DNA from: Podarcis liolepis
Taxonomy: Eukaryota
DNA length: 64,000 nt
Assembly (NCBI GenBank): GCA_965112155.1
Contig: OZ218107.1
Reading direction: 5' to 3' (one strand)
Under the pieces are notes generated by a model that saw only the letters and a list, made by a program, of their open reading frames with translations, made no database searches and was not told the DNA's origin. The position numbers were made by a program, and so were the translations under genes. How positions within the stretch are numbered: position 1 is the stretch's first letter; each line of letters starts with the position of its first letter. This document shows positions 22,517 through 35,892 of this stretch, piece after piece.

Positions 22517-23979
22517 ACATAGAATCACTATGATTGATTATATAGAGTACTGTTAATCAAACATGGATTGCTGATGGTCCTGCATATTATATTGTGCTAT
22601 TTACTTATATACAGTATTTCTTAGTCATCTTTTTATGTGGGTGGGTGTCATCTCATAATAGGGAATGGAGTGATAGTTGAAAGGATTGGAGGAAGCAGGA
22701 GCTATGCATATAGGTATTCACATAGTGACTTGTGTAAATCAGAGCCACATTCTCTTTGAAAGCATTGTAACATATATTACAGCTCAGTCTTGCCCTTCTC
22801 TTTACCTCCACTGGTCTTTCTTCCAGTGTTTTCTGGAGCTCACATTACTGGGGAAGAGGGGGAAGACAGTTTTCTGAAGCCTATGCAAGTTACTGAGCAC
22901 ATCATATACATTCCAACACTTGGAATGTTGGTCATCTGCAACAGACTGTCAAGTGATGAGACATTTACCACACTTCTTAATCTGCTCAGAAATATTTAGA
23001 AACTGTAGTAATAAAATTCATCACTTGGCAGGATGTTTCAGTTGACTGGCGTACCAAGCAATAAATATGTACCTGGTAAGTTACCAGTTGGTCCATGAAC
23101 ATCTGTAGTCACTTAAAGGGGGTATGGAATTCATACGGAACAAGATGAAGAGACAGATGAAAACAATATATTATTCCTTAATTTCCCATGTATGGAACCA
23201 GATGCATGCAAATGGCGTTTGGGTGAATAAGACCCACATTGGAAACAAATTCACTCCAGTTTAGGTGGATAATTGTAAACTTTGGATCAAACAATGCATT
23301 TATCACAATCAACAACCTCCAAAGTGCCATAAACAGTTCCAAAATATGTCTGTCAAAGAGAATTGACAGTCAAGACTTCTGGTTAGAAGTCCTAGTTAGT
23401 TGATCTGTTGGTTATAGTATGGATAGTCTTTTTTCAGGTTTTAGATTTAAATCTGGTAGAGTTGAGAAATTTCTATGAAATTCTAGTATGAGAGATGGGA
23501 GATTGTGTTTCAAGTTTTAAAATAATTCACATTTGCCCAGATACCTTTGTCCATAATTCTTGGAGCTTCCTCCAATCGTTCCAGCTATTCTGCATTATGA
23601 AATCACACCCATTCACAGAAAAGGGCGACTCAGAAATCAGGAGATAAATAAATGTACCTCCCCAGTGAAATTCCATTGGCACTCTGTGCCATGTTCTTCT
23701 GGGTATCTCCAGCCACTCGGGAAAACCTGGATTTTCCCAGTCTTTTGGTTAGAGTCAATAAATCCCTCCTGTGTTGAATCTTGTCATCTCATATATTTAT
23801 TTTTAATGTAAAGAGAACAAAGATGATGGCAGCAGGAGGATATGGGATGACCAGTAACCCTCGCTGCAAAAAGAAAACTTACAAATATTTTTAAAAAATA
23901 CCCTTGAAATATTTTGGGGGGAAATTGTGAATACTTTTTTATAGAAAAGCTAATTTTTATGTAGCATGAAAGTCACCAA

Positions 23980-23985
23980 AATAAA
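23980..23985 (+). terminator. Candidate major intermediate poly(A) signal AATAAA
   Basis: Two TTTTTAT elements and a TGTA within ~45 nt upstream; GU-rich (gttgtgg, gttttgttg) then G-rich sequence downstream. Confidence 0.5.
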
Positions 23986-26900
23986 ATGATCAAGAACGGA
24001 AGTTGTGGCGAGAAGTTTTGTTGATGGGGGGCGGTGATGGGAAAAGGGGAGGTTGTGGGGAAAATGTTTGTGTGGAAGGGAGGGGAGTTGCAATGCATGG
24101 TGGGGAGTGGGGTGGGGTTAATGGCAGTCATGAATGTTCATGTGTTGCTGAAACATCAAGCACCTTGAAGTGAAGGTCATCTCTTACTAGGGAAGGAAAT
24201 TGTGGTACTTGTAGGACATCCCAGGGGGTGGCTTCCCAGACTGGCACTCGATAATATGTATACAACCATGGCTTCTGCCAAACTGGGTGCATGACTACTG
24301 TACACCATTTTGGGGCACTTTGGGGCAAAACTTGTTAACAATTTGGGGAAATAATAGGCTGGGATTTGGCCAATGCACAGCATATCATGTTGCCACCTCA
24401 AGGGGAAATTTCCTGAGGGAATGCAAATGTTGTTCAGAGAACTTGCTCCCCACCTGCCCCTGTGGGTTGCTGGCAGTTGTGCATGTCTGCTTCCTGTGGT
24501 TTGGGGCCAGTGGGTGATGTGAGAAGTCTGGCTCCTCATTGGTGGCATTCCTTGGAGGTTGGCTGCTTGATTGGTCCACTGCTTTCTCCAAATTATTGTA
24601 CCGTAATTTTCCTACCCCAGGAGCTCCCCGTCAACCACCTCTTCTCCCTGTCAGAGAGAGTTGAGAGATTTAAGGGGATAGGAAGCTGATAGTTTGTCTG
24701 CCTGACTCTGCCATGGAGATGGGTAAAAGGGAGAGGATATTTTCTTCGGGGTTGGGTGGGAGGAAGGAGAGGGGGTAAATATATGGAAATGCAGGTGAAA
24801 TTCCTTTAGGGAGTGGATCTCTTCAAGGGGAACGATATGGGTTGGGATCTGTATAGTAAGTTAACTGGTTGGCCTTGTGTAAAGTTGCTGTTGTGATGCA
24901 GCAGTATGTAGTGTCAAAGAAATTGTACTTAAGGGCTCAAATCCCACTTCTGCCTTGTATTGGGTGTGTGGCCTTGAACAAATTGATTGTCTCCAACTGG
25001 TCCAGCACTGTTTACAGCAGTGGCCTCCCAAATGCCTCTGCAAAATGTATAAGCAGGGCATGAAGGTAATGGCATTGTCTGTTCATTTCTTATGCTTTGC
25101 ATCCTGTTTCCCTTACCTGAATATGTGTTCCAGAAAGTTTTCTCCACCCTCAGTATCTTGATCATATAATCAATCTCATGTGTGTCTTGACTTGTGGCTT
25201 GTGGTTTGGCTCAGTTTCTTGAGGAATCTGTTCTGCACATAGAGTTCCCAGATTTTCTCTGGATTGTTGATCTGTGTGGGCCTGATATCATTGTATTGCT
25301 TGGTGACTGGCAGGAGACTTGTAGTACCTGACCAGAAGGTAAAATTAAAATTATTTGGTTTTCCAAAAGCATTTTATGTGTTTTCTAATCAAACATAGAT
25401 TAGCCAAGCTTAATGTTGTCCAGTCACAAAAAATAATAGCAGGTTTGAATTCCTTACACCCCAAAACTTATTTTCAAGGCTCTTCACTGAAGAAATTTGC
25501 AGAAATTAAATTTCACCCCTAAAATGACACGTCCAACTGGTGAAATGTGTAAAAAGCAAAGGGGCTGTTTTCTTTGACTGTAATGAGTAAAAAGACCCAC
25601 TGTTCTCGTCAACTCCTTAAACATGTGAACTCTCATTAGATATTTTGCAAGTTCATACGCTGCACTTATCTTCTGTGGTTTAAATTTTGTTTTTTGCTAT
25701 TTATTAAATTTATATACTCCCAGTGTCCTTAACATGACCACAGCTTGAAACACAATACATAATACAGACACTGTCAAGGCTGAACAGTATTGGGTTGTGA
25801 AAACATTAACATTAAAATTCTACAACCCTGTAACCATTCCATTTTTCCCTTTAAAAACAAACAAACATCTGAGGAACAATCTGGGAGAGCTGCTTACACA
25901 TCTCCCATTCACTTCAGTGGAGTTTGTGCAGGAGAACTTTACTCGAGTGTTGTGTCCCAGTTTAGTTTTTGATGTATAACTAGACTTTTGGTTGCATCTG
26001 TTTTGGTGTTTACCATCTTGCAAGCATTCCATTAGCAGAAGCATATTTTGAAGCACCAGTTAGCACTCGTTGTATGGCTTTTGTATTGTGCATCCCTGTG
26101 GTTTTTCTGTGTACATATGTACCCTTGCCCTCTTTAAACCTAGCCCTCAAAGTAATCCCATAATTTCTGGCGTCCCTCCTGATCTGTCTAATTCCAGAAA
26201 TAATTTGATCTTCATACCCAAATGGACCACTGGCCAAGATCTTAATATTGAATCACAGGAAGCAAATCTATTCATCCACTCTGCATATACTGCCCAGGCA
26301 GTTTCTATTAGGCTTTAGTGGTACAGCAAAAATTGGTTGGTAGTTTTCTGAAACAGGTTGTCTTATTACTTCAAAGTAAAAATGGAAATGTGGTAAAACT
26401 TCCCCCTTCCATCCATTCTTTAATCAGGTGTAGGGCAGATGATAGGTTCTACTTTACAGAGCACAGCCTTCTATATGAAGGTCTCTTTGGTTTGAACATC
26501 TGTCTGGCCCATGTCCATTTTAAAGAAAAGGAGCCTAAGAAGGGAGCACAGCAAAGGCCTTGAAGGAGGGAGAAAAGGAGTTTGGAAGTTGCCCATCAAT
26601 AACACTGGGCGGTAGAATCAGCTGCCACACAAGCCAATCTCGTCACAGTCTTACCCAAATGAGATGTACTGCATTTTTGCATAAATTATGGAAATTGTTT
26701 CTAAATTTGTATCTCTACATATAAATTAGCATAGGCCAATTTTATGCAGATAAATACCCTTTTCTCCTCTTTTTTGATGATGGATAAGTGTGCTCTTGCG
26801 GTGGTTAAGTAGACCGGGCTCTTTTCCCTAGAATGCCAGCACACAATAAGGGTTTGAATGTTGTTCCAGGTAGCCTCTACTGAGTTCACGTCTTCCCTTC

Positions 26901-27589
26901 TTCCCTTATTCTTCTGGGTCGGTAAGATCTTAGACCAAAGAGGAACAGATATTATCGCCTCTGAGCCGCTGTGTGGAAAATCACCTTCCATCACACAAGC
27001 AGAAATTCCAGGCATTTTGTGGCTTTCTCTGCCCTATCTTAACTGCTAGCTATATATCCTTCCTATATCCAGAAAAGAATGGCTTCCTGGGCTGCTTCCT
27101 TATCTGAACTGTTAAGCTGAATGCCATGAAGCATTTTCTGCTGTTCTCTCCGATTAGCCAGCCTTTGCCAAGGAGGTGCAAAACTGAGGCCTGGACATCA
27201 AATCCTCTTGCTCAAGGTTAAGTACGGGCTGTGCAATTGCCCTTCAGCAGTTTGCTCTCTTTCTATTAGCTGTGGTGGACACTGCAGAATGTTAAGTGAG
27301 TTTCTCTGTGTGAGTGGAACTCTCTGAAGATAAGTAATGTGGGAGATTGTGTACGTGTGCCTGCATGCAGAGGGACTGTGGATAGTTTCAGTACTTTTTT
27401 CAAGGAGAAATTCCCCTTAAAACTCAAGCCAAACCTTCCCTACACAGTGCAAACAATGAGGTTGCCATTTTGGGTGCTCTAATGCATCTCCCACCCACGG
27501 CCAAATCCAACATGCTGGTTTGGGATGTTGTATCAATTTTTCTGTAATGTCTGTCACTGATGCCCATATAGGCAGCCCAGGAGAGTGAA

Positions 27590-27730
27590 GACTGATGCAT
27601 AAAAGCAGGTTAATGGGGGTCATGACAACACATTTGCAAATATCTAACGGTGTGGTTTGAAAGAGGGAGAACAACTGTCTGACAGCCACTGAGGGGCAGA
27701 GGCCAGGTGACTGGTATACAGCACACAGAA
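27590..27730 (+). mobile_element. Highly decayed CR1 ORF2 fragment
   Basis: gggggtcatgacaaca..caaatatctaacgg..gagggagaacaactgt..gaggggcaga resembles the RGDMI..FKYLKG..LF region of CR1. Confidence 0.35.
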
Positions 27731-28796
27731 GGCTTAGAGTATGGGGTGGGTGGGTCATCATTGCTCTGTCTATACTAGTTTGTGCTACTTTTACTGCCAT
27801 GATTTCTCCCACAGATTTGTGAGCATTCTTTGTAAGAGATTCCTAAACCCGCTCAAGTATATTTCCCTGGGGAGAAGGAAGGGATAACCATGTTTGGCAC
27901 AGATATGCCCATTGAGTATTAAGGGCCAACATGTAGTGACAGACCCTGTTTATAAGTAGGTAATTATCTAAATTATTTTAAATTATCTTTGTGTCTACAA
28001 AGTTGTGGCCCAAAGGCAAACCTTTCTCTCTTAGCAAACGTGCCCTTTCCAGTTTCTATGGTGGCAAAAACAAATTATTCCTAAACAGGGAAGTATCAAG
28101 CAGCTTTCAACCATGAGAAAGAAAAGCAGTGCTAGATTTCATTAGATTAAGTCATAATTCAATTGATAGAGACACATTTAAATAATGTGGCCGAATTTAA
28201 AACAATTCGATCCTTTCTAATCTCATAAAGCCAGACAGCTGAAAAGGGGGATTTCAAAGGGAAGATGCTCGAGGAATTTGGCGGGCTGAAATCTGAAGTG
28301 GACTTTTTCTTCGGGACTGATGTGTGGATTAGAACATAGCCCTCTACAGAATCCAGGCTTCCACCANNNNNNNNNNNNNNNNNNNNNNNNNNNNNNNNNN
28401 NNNNNNNNNNNNNNNNNNNNNNNNNNNNNNNNNNNNNNNNNNNNNNNNNNNNNNNNNNNNNNNNNNNNNNNNNNNNNNNNNNNNNNNNNNNNNNNNNNNN
28501 NNNNNNNNNNNNNNNNNNNNNNNAACAGGCAATATCTGCTGCATGCTATATGTGGCTGCAGGTCCCTCACAGGGCTACTGTATGAGAGGAAAATGGCTGC
28601 CCCCATTTAGGCAGCCATCTTTTTTTCTGTACCATGTCCCTGTGAGGAATGTCACCTCACCACATGCCATCACTCCCCCAGGGGCATTGGGGACAGTCAT
28701 TCACTCTAGCCACTTCAACAGATTTTGTTTGTTTGTTTGTCAGAGACCATTTTGAAAACTACAAGTAATTTATTTGAAAACACATTTGAAATAATT

Positions 28797-29065
28797 CAGT
28801 GGAGGGTGCTGAATTTTGGCGTTGCACAGGGCACCACTGAAATTTGAAAATCCAAAGTCTGCCACTGCAAGGACACATTCTGGCCAAGCTCATAATAATA
28901 ATAATTTATAATTTATACCCCGCCCATCTCAAGGAGGGTGTGTTATAGAGGTGGTGAGGGGTGAGGCCTGTGGAGAAGGAAATTACCTTGGAAAAGTCCT
29001 GAGAACTGTATAGAGAGATCTGAAGGGTCACATTCAGCTTCTGGGCCAGAGGTTCCCCTCTCAGC
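28797..29065. mobile_element. Cluster of short decayed TE fragments (cagtgg..ccactg element, L2/SINE tail, hAT-like end)
   Basis: Short inverted ends at 28797/28866; (taa)n-tttataccccgcccatct tail; gaagggtcacattcagcttctgggccagaggttcccc terminus. Confidence 0.4.
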
Positions 29066-29204
29066 TCCATATGTAGACTAAAACCTCATGGAGCTTGGAG
29101 TGAAGACTATATCAGGCCATTTTGAAGTAAGTCTTGAAACACCTCGCCATTGATACCTACTTCTGAGTGTCATGTTTTATAATGGATTTGCACACTATCT
29201 AAAT

Positions 29205-29340
29205 CAGGCATAGGCAAAATTGGCCCTCCAAATGTTTTGGGACTACAACTGCCATCATCCCTGACCACTGGTCCTATTAGCTAGGGATGATAGGAGTTGT
29301 ATTCCCAAAACATCTGGAGGGCTGAGTTTGCCTATGCCTG
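29205..29340. mobile_element. Palindromic hAT MITE, young copy
   Basis: TIR caggcataggcaaa / tttgcctatgcctg; perfect 8-bp TSD ATCTAAAT at 29197-29204 and 29341-29348; folds back along almost its whole length. Confidence 0.95.
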
Positions 29341-32300
29341 ATCTAAATGGTTTCTAGACAGGTGTGAAGATTAAGACCTCTCCTTTGATTCACTGACTAT
29401 CTAGACATTAACCTTAAATGTGTTTATGTTAAGAGTTTACATTAACTGGTAAATTGACAGATGCTATCATTTATATACATTATGCAAATTGTTTTGCATA
29501 ATCTTGCCTTGTACACAATTACATAGTATTTGCTGATGAATAAATTGGGTATTTACAAATAATACAAAAAGCAATCAGAGACTGTAGGCTATGGGCACGA
29601 TCCTGCCCCCGTTCCATCACTTTTAGGGCCAGTTGATTTCAGTGAGAAAATTTAAGTTTATCTTTCAATGCCTCATATTTAAATTTCAGTGATTAAGTAT
29701 GACTGGATCATACTTTGGGAGCGCCACCTGCCAGGAAATCTGCACAAACTGTATGACATCAATGGGAGTTATGTGATTCCATTGCTACTCTTTTCAACGG
29801 GGCTTGCACAAGAAAACCTGTTGGTGAATGGTGCCTGTTATATACTTTATATTGGATTTCAGAGGGAATGTAAGAAGTCTGGAGGATTGTGAAGGTCCAC
29901 ACAGTAGCTCTCTAGGGATCTAGTATAGGATCAGTGGTTTTGCTGCCTGCTTCAGGAGTTACTTTGCTTCCACGAATACTTGTGTATACTTGAGCTATTG
30001 TGAAGCCACCATATGACCCTGCTCCTCTTTCGTCTAAAGAAAATGAATCCTTTAAGCTCTGTCCCTGGACTGATGACTGCTCAGGGACATTCCGGGCCCA
30101 GGGTGCCTTACTTATGCCTGGTCCAAACCAATAAGTCTTTATCAGAGGGCCCAACAAGGATACGTCACTCGGACTGACTGCTAGTAATTCTCCTTTCTTT
30201 CCACCATCCTAGTCACTTATACTGGGCCTTTTCCCAAGCTTAGGCAGATAGGCTTCCTGGTCTGAAGTGCCTTCATAATTCATGGGCTTCTGGATCACTC
30301 CTTCTCTTGGATCGTGACCCTGGAGTACAACAGCTGTAAGGGCCTGAGCTTCCATAGGCTGCACATGCTATAATACAGTCGGCAAGGGATTTCTCCTCAT
30401 CCATGGCTACAGCTTGCAGACAGTCATCCTCCAAGCCACCTTGCATGTTCCCTTGCATTTTTTACATATTCTCTACCACTTTCCCCTGACTGCAGGCCTC
30501 AGCTACTCTACCTTTGTACCATGATCTACAGTTCTTAGGACTCTTCCCTAGCTTTTCATTTGGATCACTGCTGGAAACACCCAAGACAGACAAGAGTCTG
30601 TTGTTTCTCAGCTACTAACCCTTCAACACGTTCAAGATTGATAGGGAACTCCTTAGTTATCCACATGGCAGCTCTTCTGTTGGGTCTCTGGGCCTGTCTT
30701 GACTTCCTTATAGCTGATGATCCAGTAAAGCTCTTACCTCTTGATATGCCGCCTCCTGACTCTTGTTTGGAGCTGCTGTAATTTCTGCTGCTCTCATTTT
30801 TTGGCTCACACCAACTCACGGTTTCCCTCCAGGGTGGGTGGGTAATTTCCTTCTTTGTGACCAATCTTAAGTGCTCTCCTCTTCCTCAAGCAGCGGGAAG
30901 CAAAGGGATAGCATCCCTCTATTTAGTTTTCTTTGGAGAAAGAGCATGGGATAATTAGGGTATCTTTGGTAAACTGCATATTTAACATACAAACAGCAAG
31001 CAGGCTGTTATAATATAGGTAGCACAGCCACTAAGCCCTAGATTAGATTCCCAGAGCACAAAACTGTGGACCTACACAACCCTCTGAGCTGCCTTGAATT
31101 CTACTAACTTGCAGCTGAAACTCTCTAGTTCATGCTGTCTTTACCCCCACAGTCAAACTGCCAACACACTCATGCAGAGCTTTGTCTCCCTACCTGCAAT
31201 CTTTCCTTTCGTTGTTCTTTTTGGTTATCCTCAACAAGACAGGCAATGAATAAAAACGGCATAAGGAAAAAGACAGCTTAGCAATGGCTCATAGTAATTT
31301 GCAGTGCGGTCTCATACAGTTAAAGCAAATACAGTCAGAACAAGCCTAAAAGGGAGGAGGGACTTTGATCAGGGAGGAAGGAAAAAAAGGCAGGGGCAGG
31401 GATGTGCTCCAGCAGAGTCTCCTGGGCATGTACTTCATGCAGACAATCCCACAGAGAGATCACCTGTGCAGAGGCGTAGTGTGGGGAAGGGCAGGGGGGA
31501 ACATGGCCCCGGGCGCACATCTTTGAAGGGATGCAATCAGGTGCCCGCATGGCAGGCATGGAGTCTTGGTAGCTGAGGCACGGCAGCAGGTGGCTTGGTC
31601 TAGTGGGCAGGTGGATGGAAGCAGTGCGTGAGGGGCCTGTTGGAGGCGGGCTCCGTTCACCCTCCACGTGGGCTTTGCGTCCCTCTCACATGTGCCCCCA
31701 CCCCTGCTGCAACACTTGCCCCGCCCTGATGGCCAGCAACCCATGTTACACTACTGCCCCAGTGTTCTAGTGCTAATTTCCGTTGTGCTGTCTGCTGAAG
31801 GTGACTTCTCCTATGGTGTAAGGGTACATGAGTCTTCTGACCACTGAGCAATGAGAGGAGGAGTTTACAGGGGACATACATTCCTTCCAGTGCTGTAGCA
31901 CCATCCTTTTGCCCATCAAGAAGGCACACAACGTGCTATTATGTTGTCTGCCCATCGAAGTCCCTCAGCGTTGGAATATAACCGGTACAATGCGAGCATC
32001 CAAGAGGTTTAAGTTCCATCCTGCTGGTGAATTGCCTAGCCACGAGCTGATCAGCCCTGACTTACCTTCATGCAATCAGCTAAACATGGGTCAAAACAGT
32101 AGGGATGGGGATGGGTCAATAGGAAATGGCCACAAGCCAGTGTGGTGAGGCCTGTGCAAGCCTCTTTATTTCAGTAGGTTTGTGAATGCATAATGCTGAG
32201 CTGGATTAGGACCAGCGTGTGTGCAATTTGCACACATGATGTTGGTGAAGCATGCTTGAGAGTCTAGCTAGTCCTTGAGTGTGAGAATCTCCCTTACTTT

Positions 32301-33962
32301 ATACTGTGTTTTCCTTGCCAGTTGGGTTGGAACAAGAAGTGCCAATACCTAAATAAGCCTGCAAACAAAACCTCTGCTTATAGACATTTCTTATCCCCCG
32401 TAAGCTCCAGAAATCCTGCAAAGAAAGCAGAATTCTTGGGAGATTTCTCAACTTGATATCAAGAGGTTTGGATAAGCTCTGCTTCTGTAGCTAAGCTTCC
32501 AGGGGGGCTCTTCTGTATGGGATCTTCAGATTTGATTTCCCCCCAGCCACTGGCTTGTATTGTCTTCCCCATAGGGTAAGGTGTTCTCTCTGAATACTAC
32601 TACAACACTGACTGCATATTTTCTCCTCCCCATCGCAAAAGAAGCAAACTGTTATTTACAAAGGTGTGCTTGTGACAGTAAGACTTAATTCAATTTCATA
32701 ATCATATGCTTCATTCTCTCAACATGGTCACCGGACTCTAGTCCTAAAGATACGGGCCTTGAGGAATATCCAGCTGTATCAGGGTAGGACTTTACCGACT
32801 TGAAAAGTTGCTTTTATGTGATTAATTGGCTTGGCCTTTTGATGCAAATGGTGGAGGATGGCTGAACAATTCCAAAAAGAGCAAGGACTAGTCACCATCC
32901 CTATCATTTCTGTTAGTGCAGTTGAGGTACTTTGTTACAATATGTAGGAAATCATGCAGTTAGCTTTCTTTGGGAGCTGAATAGGCCTCAGCAATGAGGA
33001 TATAATGGAAAGATGTGCTGTTTATTAGAAGAAAAGCTTTTCCCCACTTGTAACTGACCTGCCGTGTATACCTCTATTTAGATTCAAAAGAAAAGTCTCA
33101 GCAGCACACTATGTTCAAAATAAATTTCCTTCTCTCAACCTCATTTGGATGACTTCATCTGCAAACATCCAACAAGGAACCTGTAATTCTTGGTTTATGT
33201 CCTTTATCTGGTATAGTTCTTCCTCAGTATCAGCTCAGTTGATCAGTTTCAGTGGGAGGTCTCAAAGGCAAGTGGCTGAAATCCAGTTAGGATTTTGCAA
33301 GTGAATTTAACAACTTGTTTGAGTAAGAAAAATCATTTTGTTGTCTGGATCCATCAGTACTTTGACGGTGGCAGGGGGCATTCTGGTTTCAAAGCCAACA
33401 TATTGACTTTGGGGGTTAATATTTCAGACACTTGAGGACTTTTTTTAAAAAGTATCAATATTTCTCTTGTTTTTAAATACTGTGGAATGGTACAGGTTAA
33501 GTAATGCCATAACTGCACCCCAAATCCAGATGGTGTTGAAATGACTACATATATATATATATTCACAACATTTTATTTTTCTGAGTTGTTTAGATATTTT
33601 TAAATATCTGAAAGTTTTGCTTATCTGTTGGGTATAAATAACTTAACAATATTTCACATGACATTTGTATTGAAAAGCTCCAGTTGACCTGTGGATTGCA
33701 TTCCAAAGCGTTAATAGCATAGAATGTATTTAAAAGAACTCGTTGGATGATTTACAAAATGGAGTTTACACTGCAGTATGTATGAGTAAATAGTGATGGA
33801 ACTGTCCAATGGAAAATGCACAGATTGGGTGTTTCCACGCTGTGTTTTTAGTTTCTCAGGCCAGGAGCATCCCTTTTACAGCCATCCGTTCGCACAATTA
33901 TAGTGGTTAATGTGAAAGTTACAACTTAACTTTTTATCATTTCCAAACGCATGGAAAGTATA

Positions 33963-33993
<31 letters not shown>

Positions 33994-34017
33994 CACACAC
34001 ACACACACACATGCACA
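33963..34017. repeat. Self-complementary (GT)12(GC)3(AC)9 microsatellite
   Basis: Direct reading; uninterrupted purine/pyrimidine alternation. Confidence 0.97.
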
Positions 34018-35892
34018 GTAGAATTTATTTATTTCTTTGTTTTAAATTGGTTTGCCTTTGGTTCCGTTTACATGGCATGTGCAGCGGAATGAGGTGAAAT
34101 GCTTGCAACTCCATCTGTGCAGTTTCCTCTTCCATTTCATCATGCAAAACGTCTAATGTGATGAAGAGAATGTTCCAAATAGAAGAGATTGGTGGAGAAC
34201 AGAGAGGTACCCTTCCAGGCTGAGAGTCCCAAATGTTGGGTATGAACCTGCCTTTGACCCAAATGAGGTGGCTGCTCTTGGGTGTTGTGAGGAAATCAGC
34301 ACAACTGAATGTAGAGCAGTGATGATGTTCCACGGATATCTCCTATTAGTAATACGTTTGGGAATCCCTGGCACAGGAGACTGGGTGCCTTTCGTGGAGA
34401 TTAACACATAGCATTTTCTTCCTTCATCTCCTGCTGTTTGCTGAGCTTTTGAAATTAAGTTAAGGCTGCCAGCCATCAACCTTGAGGTGATGCCTTTCCT
34501 TTTAAAATGACAAGGCACCATGAACAGATGCTGCAGCTAAGCTTCTGCCCCTTTCCTCCACCCATCACTCCAGCCTCCCTCCTCTCCTGGTTGCAGTACA
34601 GCCAAATTTAAGACTTACATTTTAAGTCATGCTTGGTGCAGGTGGTGGTGGAGGGGAAGGGTGGGGGCAAAGGGACTCACAGAAGAATGGTCTTGGTGCC
34701 ACAATGGCTGCCTATTTATTCCACTTCCTTGGAGCTTTGAAAGTGGTAGGTGTGGTCTCTGGGTTGATGGGCAACATTCCTAAATTCAATGCCTGAGCCA
34801 AATGAGATGGGGTGGACGGGGCCTGGGGTGGTTTTGATTTAAACTTTTCTCTCTTGGTTGGGTTCTCTGGACTCCTAGTTAGTTCAGGGCATGACATTCT
34901 TTGTGGGCAGGAGCTGAGGTAGGGAGGGTTGAGAGTCAGGGAAAGGGTTTACTAGATTAGTGTCCAATCACAGCTTTGTTACCAAATGGCCATGTTGGCC
35001 CAGATTATTTTCAAAATGGCCGCTGGTGCTATTTCAGCATATATCAAGGGAACACTGCTATGGATCCTAGTTGGGGGTGGGGCAGGAGGACAAAGCATTC
35101 TGAATGCAAGCTTGACGACACAAAGGCATCCAGTGTGGGGTTCAGGCAGAGACTTGGAAATGCAATTTCCTCACACAACTAAAACGGGGGAAGGAAACAT
35201 CATTATTACTTTCCCAGCGTAGCGCCTTCCCAAGGGAAAGCGCCGTCGAACTCAGGCTTGCCTCGTCTCTCTGAGGCCCAAATCCCACTACCCCCACCAA
35301 TCACTACTCTTCTTTCTCCCAATCCTCCTATCCCCAACACCTCCCCCTCTCCAATTCTTTTTTCTGTAAATAGCTATTTCTGATTTCGGACAAGCAGGGA
35401 TCGATAGATTCTGGAGGGGGGAGGACAATTGTTTTACTTTTTCCCTTTCTCTTAATGATTTTTGGTGTTTGAACTTGNNNNNNNNNNNNNNNNNNNNNNN
35501 NNNNNNNNNNNNNNNNNNNNNNNNNNNNNNNNNNNNNNNNNNNNNNNNNNNNNNNNNNNNNNNNNNNNNNNNNNNNNNNNNNNNNNNNNNNNNNNNNNNN
35601 NNNNNNAAAGAAAGTCGTTGATTTCCCCCCATTGATTTCTCTTGTTTCTCACTGGGAGTTGTTTTGGGAGCAGATGGTTTTTTGGGGGGTGGGGGGGGTG
35701 AAATGTATAGATTTTCAGTACAGCATTGCTCAAACAATGCAGGGAAAAAAACTTTAAAAGAAAGGGGGGAAGGAACAACAACAACAAAAATAAAACAAAA
35801 TGAGAAAACTTTGTGATGTACAGAATCTGTAAATAGTCAAAGATTCTTTCTCTTTTCTAACAGCAAATTATTTCTGTCACTTTATATTCAAA

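Noticed and set aside
30060-30090. CTGATGA in the loop of a tgtccctg / cagggaca stem (hammerhead core?)
   Set aside because: No stem II-GAAA-stem III arrangement follows.
12259-30446. Many RBFOX TGCATG motifs in the putative UTR
   Set aside because: A by-eye count is similar in the downstream intergenic half, so there is no enrichment.
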